Shown here: one piece after another, positions 1-13,300 of the stretch
Layout of the letters: the number at the start of each line of letters is the position of its first letter
Numbering within the stretch: the first letter of the stretch is position 1
From: Octopus sinensis
Lineage: Eukaryota
Length of the DNA stretch: 64,000 nt
Assembly (NCBI RefSeq): GCF_006345805.1
Contig: NC_043008.1
Span: 71,052,001-71,116,000, forward strand
Reading direction: 5' to 3'
Notes under the pieces: model-generated
Databases searched by the model: none
What the model was told of the DNA's origin: nothing
Seen by the model: the letters and a program-made list of their open reading frames with translations, nothing else
Position numbers and translations under genes: made by a program

Positions 1-1619
1 CTCGCCATGCCTACTCCGGGTGGTATCTATACCACCACGATTTCTCCTTCGAACAGTAGATCAATTGAATTTTCTGTTTAGTAGGATTCAATAGCAGGCA
101 ACAACATACAAATGTTTAAGTTAAATGTATGTCTCATTTATTTCGCCAGTCTCAAGAGCATCTACAAAAGTTAACCAGTCCTACACTTCAGAGATTTATC
201 AAACTCTTCAAAATGCAGAATAATTTAAGTGGCCCTCGACACAGTTTTTGTCCTCCAATTCTTGATTTGGACGCTATGAAACCGGAATTATATGAATCTT
301 ACTTAATAAAACTTCCCTCGGACCTTCTCAGATATATACTCCTTTTTATTATTTTGAGGCTCAAATTTGGAATTGATTAGGTTATTTTTGAATTAGACAC
401 TGTCTCTTTTATCAGTGAAATCCATCCTTCTTGATTGTGATATTTTATGTATAATTACAGCATCAATTCATCACAAAGAGTCAGGGTTGGATATTTAAGA
501 GAAGGAAATGACTCACTGGATCGATTCTTGACTAGATAAGAAAAATGGCTATTTACGAGTGATTCGAACTCGTAATATAAGGGGTGTACGATGAATAACT
601 CATTAGTTTCGGTACTATGATATATTCTTTCTTAAGCTTACATGGTTCATGGGGCTGTAACTTATTTAGATTTTCAAGGTGTTTAGGCTAAAAGTAGAAG
701 AGATCTCCTCCTCTGTACGCGACACAAGTATTGTTCGGAATTAAAGCTCATAGCTTCCTATTTTCAGCGTGATTGAAGTAATTTGCCCATGGTCAACGCG
801 CCGCCCAGTTCGAGAATCGGAACCAGACGTAATGATCTTGTGCACAACGCACTGGACCAAATACCACCAAACTATATACACTACATGCTATCTGTTAAAG
901 ATTTGTATCAGTAGTATGGATTGTAGTTGTAGTAGGAAGAGGTGTAACAACAAAGACCATTTTCTTTCAGGGCCTTCATGATTGATTAAAAGCTGACTAT
1001 GATTAAAAGTTCGACCAGAACGTATGAAAAATTTTGGATGTTTCTCTTAATATAGTATCCTTGTTTTCCATTACAAAACTTTTGCTAATTATTTTAGATA
1101 ATTCTGTTAGCTGCTATATTTATTTTAATACGTAGACATTTATTTGTTTAATTATTTAGTTTTATGCTTTAAAACAAAACATTTATTGGTCGATAGATAC
1201 GAGATATACAAATGCGTACAGAATAAAAATATCATGTGATACGGAGAGAAGAGAAGAGAAAAGAAAGCTGGAGATATTGCAACGTTATGGATCGTTAAAG
1301 TAGTGTTTGTGAGATCAGTGATACTAATTATAGCTAAAAGTCTGACCAGTGGCGCCGGCGGGATCCATTGGGATCGAAATAAATGCGGGGGAGAGAGGGA
1401 AAGAGAGATGTGGCATGAAGAAATTAAGCTGGGAGAAATGGCAAGATAAAGAAAGTGAAAGGGTGGGAATTGGGTGTGGAAGAATGTGCAGAAGAAGTTC
1501 AGGCTCAGTGCCAGCCAACAACAAGAATTGATATTTATATAAATAGATATATATATTGATGGTGACCTTTGCACTTTCAACCGAAAATCACGTCGATTGG
1601 ACATATTGAATTATGTATG

Positions 1620-1823
1620 TACGTGCGTTTATATATATATATATGTGTGTGTGTGGGTGTGTGTATATATATATATATATAAAGAACAACGTGGTGATGC
1701 ATACACACGTAGTTACATAAGTGTAAATAAATACAAGCTTTTTCATATACAACCATTCATGTATGTATGTATTTATATATATATATATGTATATATATGT
1801 GTATATATATATATATACATATA

Positions 1824-1887
<64 letters not shown>

Positions 1888-1891
1888 GTAT

Positions 1892-1925
<34 letters not shown>

Positions 1926-1949
1926 ATGTAATATATATATATATTATAT

Positions 1950-1983
<34 letters not shown>

Positions 1984-2005
1984 GTATATTATATATATAT
2001 GTATA

Positions 2006-2073
<68 letters not shown>

Positions 2074-2110
2074 ATATATATTCATACATACATAAATACA
2101 TGTATACATA
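1620..2110. repeat. (TA)n-rich compound microsatellite
   Basis: Near-continuous TA dinucleotide run with TG/TATG interruptions; it generates the YI-repeat ORFs. Confidence 0.97.
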
Positions 2111-2852
2111 CATAGACTCATACATGTGAATTCAAGGATAAATGAGTGTACATATAAAGAAGGCAAAATGCAAGTGTCGATATAATAGACTAAATACGTT
2201 TCACGGAGAAGTACCATCATGGCCGTACTCCAGTAAAAGAATAGCAGAATAAAATGCTAATTAACTATAGATCATATATTATGTTTTTACGTATTTGTAT
2301 ATTAGGTTAGCCATTTTTTCCGAAGCTCTCACCACCAGAGAAAGAGTTTTATATTATCTCTCAAGATAGGCCATTTGGTGTATTCACGTTACTGTATTTC
2401 TAATGTTTTACTAACCAGCCACCGTACATGACCTTCTGATGATACGTAGGAAATTTTTAATCTGATGTTCTCATATTGTAAGCCGTGCAACTTGACCGTA
2501 TATGTACCTTCGATCATCACCCAGTCACATATTTCTAAGGTGTTTATAACCTAATTTATTCAAAGGAAAATGGACGTTCGATTTGATGCAATATAAGTTA
2601 GCTTCGATTTTGCTGGTTATACAAATATAAGTTATCCGGTAGATCGGAAATGCTTCTGAAATTAGGCGACACGACAGAATGATGAAGGAATCGAGTAGGA
2701 AACCAGAGGAAGAAATATTAGAATATGGAATCAATTTTCTAGGGTTTGTGGAAATTATTGCTTTTGCTGCTCATGTTCTTACTGTAGTTATGTTTGCATT
2801 AAAATGAATAGTACCGGCACTGCTATAACCATTATTACTGCTGTTTTATATG

Positions 2853-3230
2853 TTAGTTAGTTAGTTAGTTAATTTGGCTCAAAAGCAAATAGCTAGGCCA
2901 TGTAGGGGGACATGGCGTTAAGTACAGGGTGGTGTTCATGTAAAGAGTTCAGGCCACTTGAGGTCCAGGGAGGCTTTGAACAAAGCGGTCGTCGGCATCT
3001 TCACCATCTCGTCTGGCAACTTGTTCCACGGATCCGCAACCCGGACGGAGAAAGCTCCTCTCCTTCGATTGAGATGAAATCGTCGCAGGTAGAGCTTTTC
3101 GGAATGACCCCGCAGCCGACGCTCTGGAGCAGGAATGAAGAACAGCTCTTTCGAGAGGTTACACTTTCCGCTTATGATGTTGTGGGCGAGAATGAGATCA
3201 CCACGGCGGCGGCGTTTTTCAAGAGAATAA
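2853..3230 (-). mobile_element. 5'-truncated CR1-type LINE 3' end
   Basis: The minus-strand frame reads YSLEKRRRRGDLI...RGHSEKL...FSVRVADPWNKLP...FKASLD, the typical CR1/L2 ORF2 C-terminus. A short 3' UTR follows, then a (TAAC)n tail. A possible 5-bp TSD ATATG lies at 2848-2852 and 3231-3235. Confidence 0.9.
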
Positions 3231-5941
3231 ATATGGATGAGATTCATTCAGAAGTAATTGTTACAAGAATTTTTGAAAAAGTTCACGGGTGATATTTTCA
3301 TTCATGAACATAATTCTTAGGAATATGGGAATAGATTACTTATAAACATAGATGCAAGAACCGTTCATTGAGACATTGATTCGTCCTCACACATTCACAC
3401 ACACATATTTGTACATAGATGCTTTCATATAATTTGCATTGTTATTCGTTACTTAAAATGAACTCCGAAAAAGCAGAAGAGATGCTCTCCATCGTAGTGA
3501 AAGAATCAATGACAATAACGTAATAAAGTCTGACTGAATTATTTTCAAACACGGAAGCAGCCTTAAAAGGTATACAAAGATTATAAAAATTAGAGAAGAA
3601 GCTTAACGACTTACAAGTGCACAACGGAAAAGACACACACACAAAAAAAAAATAATAATAGCTTAAAAAATATTAATTTGGAAATGATATCTAACGACAC
3701 TTCTGAAAATTACAGCACTAATTAATCTTTTGAAATTGTTACGAATTATATAGAACCAGATGAAGAATAAAAGAGAAAGTATGGAGTAGAAATGTCGAGC
3801 AAATGTTTTCTCCTGGCACGAGGAATTTGCACAGGAAAGGACACGTAAGACTGTAATATACTTTTGTTTTACAAACAACTGGAAGAATTTATATGTGCTG
3901 GAGAAAGAAGGGTTTGGGAGAAGTCTAACCGATGTGTGGCAGGTTATGCACTTCTTTGTCTGTAACAGGTACATAGAAGAGAGTGCCTGGGAGATTCGGC
4001 GAGGAGATAGACCTGGTGTGCCCCATGTTTACCTAAAGTTTTATTCTGCAGTACTTAGGTCAGCTGTATGGGGTTTTAATCAACGATATTGTTATCGACG
4101 TTGATTCTTGGTGGGTCGTCACTTATACACAACAATAAAGCTAGATTGACTGGTAACAGTATATGGATGTCTAAGATTAGTATAGACCAGTAAGCGCTCT
4201 AGTAAAGACAAGTTCATCTCTGATCTATAAAACATTTAGGGAGTGGCAGGTATATATCGGTGGCAAGGAAGGTCCAATTTCTACTCACATGTAGAAAAGG
4301 ATGCAAGTGGGGTTTTGCATGGAAGAAAATGAAAAGTAGAAGAAAATATAAATTGAAAATATAAATCGAAGTGGCAACATGTGGACACAACAGAGGTTAC
4401 TGCTGCCTCTGTTTCCACAGTAACAAGAATAGTCCTTCATCATCAGTACCGTCGACGCTATTATCTGCCAAGGTTAACCGCTGGCAAGAACACTTGTCTC
4501 TGTCTATAATACAAATTTAGACAGAGACTCCGAGTCGCGCTTTAACCTCTTCGCGTGACAACGGAGGGAAAAATAGACGTTAGAGAAAAATGGAAAGTTA
4601 TGGCCAACTGCAACAAAAGAATAAAGCTGCAACAAATATAACTAAATAAATATAAATCCAGATTAAAGACAAGGAAGATACACGAAAATCCTCATGAAAT
4701 ACAGCCCTTTATCTGAGAAAATTTGTGTTTCAAAGTTTTCCTAATTAGCGGTGCAAAACAACTTGATTATCCCAAGGTCAAAAACAATATTGTGTAATGA
4801 CTTTATAATTTAGTTTGCCTAATCACAGTACAGTACCACTTTGAATAAGTGCATCTCTATGAGTTGTATAGTGTTGGGTATTGTACTATAGTGTTGTATA
4901 ATTGTGTCTTTTAGAACCGGATAGTATTGTATAGTTCTCTGTTGTGAGGTGTTGTGCTACTATGTTCAACGCAGGTGTTAAGTTTATGATTGAACCTGTT
5001 CAAACTTCATTTAGCGTACTGAACTGTTTTATGTGACAGTGTAGAAATCAGTGAATGTAAGAGTCTAATTAATACGCTAAATAATGCTCTGAGAATCACC
5101 CTAAGTAACACTCAATAACGCTCTAAGTATCAGTTTCTGTAACATTAAGTAGCACGATGTATCAGTATATAACAGTCAGCTATATGTTACCAAACTTTTA
5201 TCATTTATTCTGTGCAATTTCGACATTCATGGCCAACATATAGGCCCCCTATAGGACATTTGCCCAAAAGACAAGGAAGTAAATCAAGTGACAAGCTAAC
5301 AGAGTAGGGCAGGATTTCCATTAGTTGTTATTCATGCACACTTCCAAAAGAAAGCTAAAGTTGGTTTGATTTGCTAGAAAATTCAGCCAAATCTCCCGTA
5401 AATAGTACCATACTATTTTAACATAAAAGATAAAATCCTACGTTCATTAAAGTGAAAAGGGTAGCCCAAAATGTAATCCTTTTGAATGTAAATATGCTGG
5501 ATCACGATTGATTTGGTTTCAAGTGGCAACCACAACAATGACAGTCATGTTATTTATGTAATATATTCTTCAGTCGAAATATGAACTTGAAAAGCAAAAC
5601 AAAAAAACTCTTCTTGCTGCAATCCCTTTATAAACTATTCAAAACGTCGACACGGATATCTCTATCGATTTTTTAAAGTGTATCAAAGCCAAATATTCGG
5701 AGATATGGTATATAAAATTTAATTCAAATCATAAAGCTAACGTAGAGATGGTAGTTGAAAAGGTTAAACAAGGTACGATTTTATGTCAGATCATTATTTA
5801 GGGAATGGAGATCGATAGTGTAGTGCCATTTTAGTCTTGTGCATTACTGTGTCTCTGATAGTCACTGCAAACTGATCATTAATTGACAGCAAAGGATGAT
5901 GATGACTGCACTAAAATGCCGGCGATATATATTCTGTATCA

Positions 5942-6336
5942 AGGCGGCGAACTGGCAGAAACGTTAGCGCGCCGGGCGAAATGCTTAGCGGTATTTCGTG
6001 TCTCGTTACGTTCCGAGTTCAAATTCTGCCGAGGTCGACTTTGCCTTTCATCCTTTCGGGGTCGATAAATTAAGTACTAGTTACGCATTGGGATCGATGT
6101 AATCGACTTAATCCGTTTGTCTGTTCTTGTTTGTCCTGTTTGTGTTTAGCCCCTTGTGGGTAGTAAAGAAATAGGTATTTCATCTGTCTTTACGTTCTGA
6201 GTTCAAATTCCACCAAGGTCACTTAAGCTTTCATCCTTTCAGAATCAACAAATTATGTACAAGTTGCGTACGGGGTCGATCTAATCGACTGGTCCCCTTC
6301 CCACAAATTTTGGGCTTTGTGCCTAGAATAGAAAAA
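5942..6336 (+). mobile_element. tRNA-derived SINE, family A, dimeric copy
   Basis: A-box-like TGGCAGAAACG, B-box GAGTTCAAATTC and central block CCTTTCATCCTTTCGGGGTCGATAAA. The body restarts at 6175 (GTATTTC) and the second unit ends in a different 3' module. Confidence 0.9.
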
Positions 6337-6766
6337 GATATATATATATATATATTCTATATCCAAGAAAACAGACCGCTCAGTGCAAATTGTTGGAGAT
6401 GAATAGGATGGCGAGAGCATCTGAAGAAAGAGCATTACGACATTTAGTAAAAGATCTAGACATTCTGGTGTATAAGGAGAAATCAAATTTACTGTTCATA
6501 ATTTCTAGTTTGATAAAATAAACTTTAAGATACTATTTAACAACTGCATCACCAAATAATAAAACGCGTCTCACAGGCGTCATCGCTGAAAGACGATGGC
6601 TGAGATTAAAATGTTTACGAGTTTGCTGCGCTTTAATTGTGGATGAGTAGTATTCATATGATTAACAACGACTTTGAGATGCTGAAAACTTTGCAGAAGC
6701 ATTGGATCCGACGCAGGCAATCAGAGGGAAAGCGAGTCATCTCGCCGTCTGTTTGAGTACTGCTGT

Positions 6767-7069
6767 GAAGGTGCGTGGCTTAGTGGTTAGGGCATTCGGC
6801 TCGCGATTATAAGGTCGCTTTGCATCCTGAAACAAGAACCTTTACTTCACATTGCTCCAGTCCACTCAGCTGGCAACAATAAGTGGTACCTGTATTTCAA
6901 AGGACCAGCCTTGTCACATTCTGTGTCTCGCTGAATCTTCCTGAGCACTACGCTAAAGGTACGCGTACATGCGGAGTGCTGAGCACTTGCACGTTAAAAT
7001 CACGAGCAGGCTGTTCTGTTGATCGGACAAACTGGAACTCTCGACGTCGTAACCGACGGAGTACCAGTT
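6767..7069 (+). mobile_element. tRNA-derived SINE, family C
   Basis: tRNA-like head TGGCTTAGTGGTTAG. The B-box region appears deleted; the body contains TTGCTCCAGTCCACTCAGCTG. Confidence 0.7.
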
Positions 7070-7395
7070 ATATTATTTTTTTTGTTGTACCAGATGTTAT
7101 ATGAGGAAAACATTGTAACCCAACCGCATGCAGTACAATGATATACATAGGGCAAACATAGTAATCTAGACGTCTGTAATACCACATGTTATATAAAGCT
7201 ACAGTATCACCTAACCGTCATATTATGCTACACAATATATTGGGCAACGACAGTCACCTATATATTTAAAGTATCACATGTTATATAAGGCAAAAAGGAT
7301 AAACTCTTAGCCTAGATGTTACTATACACTAAATAGTTCAATTGTATTAATGAATTCATGTTTAGTCATAATTGGAGTCAAGCTTGTCCCCCATG

Positions 7396-7443
<48 letters not shown>

Positions 7444-7552
7444 TTCATATTCAATAGATATACACATGTGTCTGATAGTAGCTTCTGGTAGCTCACTCCC
7501 TCTATCAAATCAAAGGTTGTTCCCCGAACAGGTTCACGCCGTGCCACGCGTC

Positions 7553-7682
7553 AGGTGTCGATGTGATCGTAGAGCAACCCTAGATAGAATGTTTTGTTCA
7601 AGAACACAATGCATCCCCCAGTCCAGGAACTGAAACCACGGTCACGCAATCTTGAATGCCACACCATAACCAGTGGACCATA
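7553..7682 (-). mobile_element. tRNA-derived SINE head fragment
   Basis: The reverse complement reads TGGTCCACTGGTTATGG...GGTTTCAGTTCC (A/B boxes), followed by TGTGTTCTTGAACAAAACA, a CORE/V-like block. Confidence 0.6.
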
Positions 7683-8249
7683 ATGCTCACATACACATAC
7701 AGATATAGATGCATTCATACGAACACACACACACATACATACACACATGTGTATAACCATAGATGTAGATATATGTATTTGTACATATAAACATACATAT
7801 TAGTAGATATTTATAGATATATGGTGTAGTGATATCATTATAGCAGTATTATTATACGTATTTTATATTTGACGACTAAATACAGATTTGAGGTATGAAA
7901 ATTGTTGTTTTGTTGCACATCAGCTTTCACAAAGTTGATCCATGCTCAAAGACGTTTTAGGCTACTACGTCTAACGCTATATCAATACATCCTTCTTTAA
8001 TATTTCCGTTTAACATGCGTTAGATATATTTGCCATTCCTAGCCTGTGAAGCAAATTCGTAGAGCCTTCACCTGAGCCCTTCACCAAAATATAAGAGGCT
8101 GGAGGTAAGCACTGCTATAAACAGCGGAAGTGAGCTAGAACATTAAAACTTAGTGTGCATGCACAGCAGAGCTGAAGGTCAGTGTGTGCCAAGTGGCTTC
8201 AACCTGGGTGCTTTAGCCTCGTTACTATACCACAATCACCATCGTTGAC

Positions 8250-8530
8250 ATCGTCGTCATCATCATCATCATCATTATTACTATTATTATTGAGGGAGAG
8301 AACAGTGCATGCCATCATAGTCACACTGGGCTACGAAGCCCAATATACCCATAATGACTACTCGTCTCATAAGGGTACACTAGGCACATGCATCACAACC
8401 ATATATGCGTGACATGGTGATCTTATATCAAGATAAACAGCTCATGATCTAGTAGGTGGGTCCCAGTTAGAATTTTTTTCAGGTTGAGTAGCCCATTCTG
8501 CTCAAAAGGTCCCTGAATAAAGCTTGTTTT
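8250..8530 (-). mobile_element. 3' part of a non-autonomous retroposon with (AAT)n/(GAT)n tail
   Basis: Non-coding segment ending on the minus strand in CTCTCCCTCAATAATAATAG and a simple-repeat tail. It resembles a common octopus interspersed repeat (recalled, not searched). Confidence 0.5.
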
Positions 8531-8538
8531 ATTATATT

Positions 8539-9161
8539 CCGGTTCGAGACAAGATCTACATGCAGAGAAGTGCTTGTCAAACAGACCTGTCTGAGATGAA
8601 AACAGAACGGTGAACCCATTCGACATGCACCCATCCAGTAACAGGGCATTACTGACTCCTTGAGCTTTGTCGAACAGGTGTTTGAAGCGTGTAGGACGGT
8701 TTCGGGTATCAGCCGAGTTAATCGTGAGGATCACACCGCTGCCTTCTTTTGATCGGGACAGAAAGCAGTTTTTCCCTGTCTGTTGGCTATGGCAAAAGAG
8801 GTAGTGTGTTGGACGAGGTTGAAAAGGCTTACGTGAGTTACATTTGTCTTCCACCAAGCCCTCATCGACTTTGTCAAGTTCCGCTTGCAAAGGTAAGTGA
8901 GGGGTAACTTCTGCCCCCGCTCCAGTAATTTTGTTGAAAGGTGTGTGAATATGATGCAGAAGGCCCGTGTGAAATGGCCTACTCTGAACATCCGACTGTA
9001 AGCCGGATGGGTTAAGGAGATTGAGAGATGCCTACTTGCGGTGCCCTTGGCGGTCGAGATGACCAGAATGTGTAGGGTTCCTTGGTTAGCCCTGGGTAGA
9101 ACTCCCCACCTTTTAGAGAATTTTGTTCTGTGTTCGGCTCTGTAACCAGTAAAAAAAAAAG
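8539..9161 (+). mobile_element. 5'-truncated Tx1/L1-clade LINE 3' end
   Basis: Decayed ORF2 end: VRDKIY, a degenerate zinc knuckle TCLR*KQNGEPIRHAPIQ*, CLLAMAKEVVCWTRLK and ERCVNMMQKARV, with stop at 8999-9001. Poly(A) at 9151-9160 and an 8-bp TSD ATTATATT at 8531-8538 and 9162-9169. Confidence 0.75.
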
Positions 9162-9172
9162 ATTATATTATT

Positions 9173-9328
9173 ATGGCAGTAAGCTCGTTGAATGTTTAGC
9201 GCGTTGACAAAATGTTTGAAGGCGTTTCGTTCGTCTCTGCCTTCTTAGTTCAAATTCCACTGAGGTCAACTTTGCTTTTTCTCATTCGGGGTCGATAAAT
9301 AATTAAGTTGAGCGTTGGGATTGATGTG
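9173..9328 (+). mobile_element. SINE family A, degenerate
   Basis: TAGTTCAAATTCCACTGAGGTCAACTTTGC...TTCGGGGTCGATAAA. Confidence 0.75.
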
Positions 9329-9474
9329 TATACATATATACATACACACAAACATACATGCGTACAAACGTACATACATACACACATATTCCCACAAGCA
9401 TACAGAAGTGTGGAAGACAGACTATAAGAGACGAAGGGAGGAAGAAAAGAGTTGGAAGTAGAGATAGTACAAGC

Positions 9475-9575
9475 ATGCATGCATGCATGCATACATACAT
9501 ACATACATACATACATACATACATACATACATACATACAATCATACATCCATACATACAATCATACATACATACT
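9475..9575. repeat. (CATA)n microsatellite
   Basis: Direct tetranucleotide run. Confidence 0.95.
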
Positions 9576-9599
9576 GACAGACAGTAACATAAGAAATAC

Positions 9600-12500
9600 A
9601 TAGATAGCTAGAGATAAATAAAGTTGGGAAGATACGTAGATATATATATTGTGACAGTTAGATAGATATTAGGAATGAAATACAGAAATGTGGAAAGATA
9701 GTGTGGAAATGAGAAAAAAAAATAAACACGCAATAAAAACAATAGAATATGTGAGGTTGCTGAAGGAAGGGAGTGAGTACGCAAGATAGAGAGAAAAATT
9801 TGGAAAGGCTGTAAAAACAAGACCAAAAAAAAAACCAAGAGAAGAGATAAAGTAAACAGAACGAATGTTGTAAAGAAGACGTTTTATGAATTCAGTAGGC
9901 ACTCACACACAGCGTATATATGTAAATATACATTTATAAGAGATTTATAGCTTGATATACACACATACATACACATATTGGCACACCAATAAATATAATG
10001 TATTGAAGACAAAAGAAGAGATTAATTATGGAATATATAAAGTGCAGAAGTATAAAAAAAGATGCACAAAATTCGGAAAATATAAATAATAACAGAAAAT
10101 AATGAAGATATAAAAATAACCGAAAATGCGGATGTCAGAAAAAAAAGTGACACATAATATGGAGGACAAATAAAAAAGAAAATACGGAAGAAAGTCATAA
10201 GACACTAAGTACAGAAGACAGGAAAATAAAATATGTATAAAATGTATGTGGAAAAGAGGAAAAAATTCTCACTAAATACAGAATATGAAATAAAAGACGT
10301 ACACTTCTGAAGACAGGTATATGGCACAAAACAAAGAAATATGTGACCCAAAATGGGGAATGACTAAAAAGTGACCCAAAATATTGAAAGAGCACACAAA
10401 ATACAGGAATTGAAAGGAAACGAGAAGGAGAGGTAACCATAAAAGCCTGATACGACGATATAACATATGAAAGTCAAAAAGTAAAGTAAATGATACGACA
10501 TTATGGAAGAGAGATGCGAATGGAGAAGGTATGGAAGGTAGAAAAAATATGACACAAATACGGAATGCAGGAACGGGAAAGGAAGAAGGAAATGGCAGAA
10601 AAATACGGAAGACAGACAAGAAGACACAAAATAAAGGAAAAGTTGAGAAAATAAACAATAGCATGGAGATAGAAAGAAGATATAAATGGTTACCAGAAAT
10701 AGCGGAAAGAGAGGAAACAACAGATGAAAGAAGGTAAAGTTTATCGAGAATGATGAAATTAATAAACAGCTAACTAACTAGATAGATAAGAGAGAGGGAG
10801 AGAGAGAGGGGGACGAAATAGAGAGAGTGAGAGAGAGAGAGAGAGAAGTGAAGAGAAGACAGAGAGAAAGACGAGAAGAAAGGCTTAGAAATAAAAGAAA
10901 ATTAGAAAGAGAGAAACAGAAGAGGAGGAAGCGAGGAGTCATAATATTCTGTTTAATAAAAAGATGAAAAAGAAAACAGGAATCAGAGATAACCAAGATC
11001 GAAGTGGTGAGAGATAAACTTCATTTACAGGGAGCGAACGATAGAGGTTCTTCATTTACTGAATCATGCTAACATAATACACTCTCCAGCCATGACCTGA
11101 CCAATTAAATGTTTCTTGGGGTACATTATTTAGCTTTTATGATGTTAGATATTGTGTGATTTGAAGGCCATTTAGCTATTATTTCTTGATGTTTAACTGA
11201 CCACATAGAGGCACTAACGTTGGCACAATGATAAAGATAGTATATTACATTCGGAGAATGATTTCCGAGAAGTTTATAGAAGTATATGTGCTTGCTTGTA
11301 TATGCGTATATATGTGTGTTTGTGTGTGTGTGTAGTGTGTGCGTTTGTGTGTGTGTAGTGTGTGCATTTGTGTGTGTTTGTGTGTCTGTAGTGTGTTTGT
11401 TAGTGTGGGTGTGTAGTGTGTATTTGGTTTGTATGTAAGGAGCTGGATGTCTGTGTATGTGTACGTATGTGGGTATTTGTGTTTATGTTTTTTATATGTG
11501 TAAATGTGTAAAGGGATTGTATGAGTGGCTGGATGACTGTTTTGTATACGTATATGTGTGTGGCTGGATGTGTGTGGTTGGATGTGTGTGATTGCGAATG
11601 TTTGTATATGTACATATGCGTGGAATATATATGTGTGTGTGTGTATGTGTGAGTGTGTGTGTGAGTGTTTGAGTGTGTGTATGCGTGGTTGATTGTGTTT
11701 GAAGTTAATGTATAACCCAAACTCAGAGCTGATTGAACAGATCTAAGATCAAACACGTTCTGACCGTGACCCCACGTCATATTTTTTACATGAATAATGT
11801 ACCTCAGAACAACATAACTAAAACTTCTTGATTTGCATAGTACAGTGTAACATGAAGGAGATTTAACTGCTATTTCTAGTGGGTTGAGTTGCCACTTAGA
11901 GACTATTTATTTGATTCTGTGTGTGCATATGCATGTATGTAGATTTGCGTGCGTTTCTATAAATGAATGTGTATTTGTGTGTATGTGTTCGTGTGTGCGT
12001 TTGTATGTATGTTTGTGTATGTGTGTGCACGTGCAAGCCTATGAGGGTACGTGTGTGTTTGTGTGTAAGATGAAATGGCTGGTGTATATAATTTCATGAA
12101 CGTAAATATTTGGTATCACACAATATGGACGTTATATATAAATGAATGAAAGAAGACGAATGATTGGAAAAAGAAGTAGATAAGGGAGAAGAAAACGAAA
12201 AGGAGAAAGAAGTAAAAAAAAAGGATGATGAATAAGATGAAGGAGGAGGAGCGGGGAAGAAGGAAAAGGATGAGGAGGGGAGGAGGGGGATGATGAGGAG
12301 GAGTAGAAAAAGAAGTAAAATAATAAGATGCTGATGAAGAAGAAAAAAGAAGACAAAGAAAAAGAAGAAAACGATGGTGATGATGAAGAAGAAGACGAAT
12401 AAGAAGAAGAAGAAGAAAAAGAAGAAGAAAAAGAAGAAGAAGAAGAAAAAGAAGGAGAAGAAGAAGAAGAAGAAGAAGGAAGGTGAAAAAGAAGAAGAAG

Positions 12501-12670
12501 AAGAAGAAGACGTAAAAGAAGCAGATGATGAAGGAGTAAAAGAATAAGATGCTGATGAAGAAAAAGAAAACGAAGAAGAAGAAAAGGAGACAAAGAAAAA
12601 GAAGAAAACGATGATGATGATGAAGAAGACGAAGAAGAAGAAGACGAAGAAGAAGAAGAAGAAGAAGAAG

Positions 12671-12702
<32 letters not shown>

Positions 12703-13020
12703 GTAAAAGAATAAGATGATGAAGAAGAAGAAAAACAATGAAAGAAGTAAAAAGAAATAGACAAAGAAGAAGAAGAAGCTAAGTAAAAGACGCAAATGAT
12801 GAAGAAAACGATGGAGAAGGAAAAGACAAAGCAGAAGAGAAAAGGGAGAAGAAGAAAAGAAGTAAACGAAGTAAAAGAGGCAGATGGTGATGAGGAAAAT
12901 GAAAACGACAAAGAAGAAACGAGAAAAGTTAGTGGTACAGAAGGAGGAGGGCGAGGAGGAGGAAGAAGGAGAAGAAGGAGAAGAAAAATAAGAAAAGGAA
13001 GATTAGGGACGCTACAGAAA
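9600..13020. repeat. Purine-rich low-complexity domain with (GAA)n/(GAT)n/(CAA)n tracts and a TG-rich insert
   Basis: A/G-dominated plus strand at about 9600-10990 and 12140-13020, with TG-rich tracts at about 11290-12070. Confidence 0.9.
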
Positions 13021-13300
13021 AGTAGTGAGGAAAAGATTTAAGGATCATGTTTTATCACATGTTCTCGTCACATGCTCATATCACGTGTTATCTCGACTTG
13101 ACAGTTTTACATGTTTCCAACACATACACATAATAACTATCCTCGACCGCATGCACACACATATACAAATACAGCGGACAGCACACGGCAATGAAACAGT
13201 GTTGCCACTGTTTATCATAAGCCCCACAGTGGGGACAGTTCATTGACAATGAAGCATTTTGATCGTGTGAATGAATTTCATAATCGAAAACTGTTTTTAT

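Noticed and set aside
129-981. Short ORFs (83 aa, 70 aa) and a possible exon after TTTTTCAG at 768
   Set aside because: There is no recognisable homology and no consistent partner exons.
1588-2220. Long YI-repeat ORFs here and at 22-23, 27-29, 44, 48, 57 and 59 kb
   Set aside because: They are translations of (TA)n/(CA)n/(CATA)n microsatellites, which lack stop codons in several frames.
2912-3292. 126-aa plus-strand ORF
   Set aside because: It is the antisense frame of the CR1 fragment.
5942-6030. tRNA-like A/B boxes as tRNA genes, here and in the other SINE heads
   Set aside because: None forms a full cloverleaf, and all continue into SINE bodies.
6579-6600. 7-bp hairpin with a GAAA loop
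   Set aside because: Expected by chance in 64 kb, with no ncRNA context.
8423-8991. Minus-strand ORFs of 155 aa and 86 aa
   Set aside because: They are antisense to the Tx1/L1-like remnant on the plus strand.
12094-13041. 233-aa and 259-aa poly-F/poly-S ORFs and a Lys/Glu-rich plus-strand ORF
   Set aside because: They are low-complexity (GAA)n translations with no domain, splice context or codon structure.
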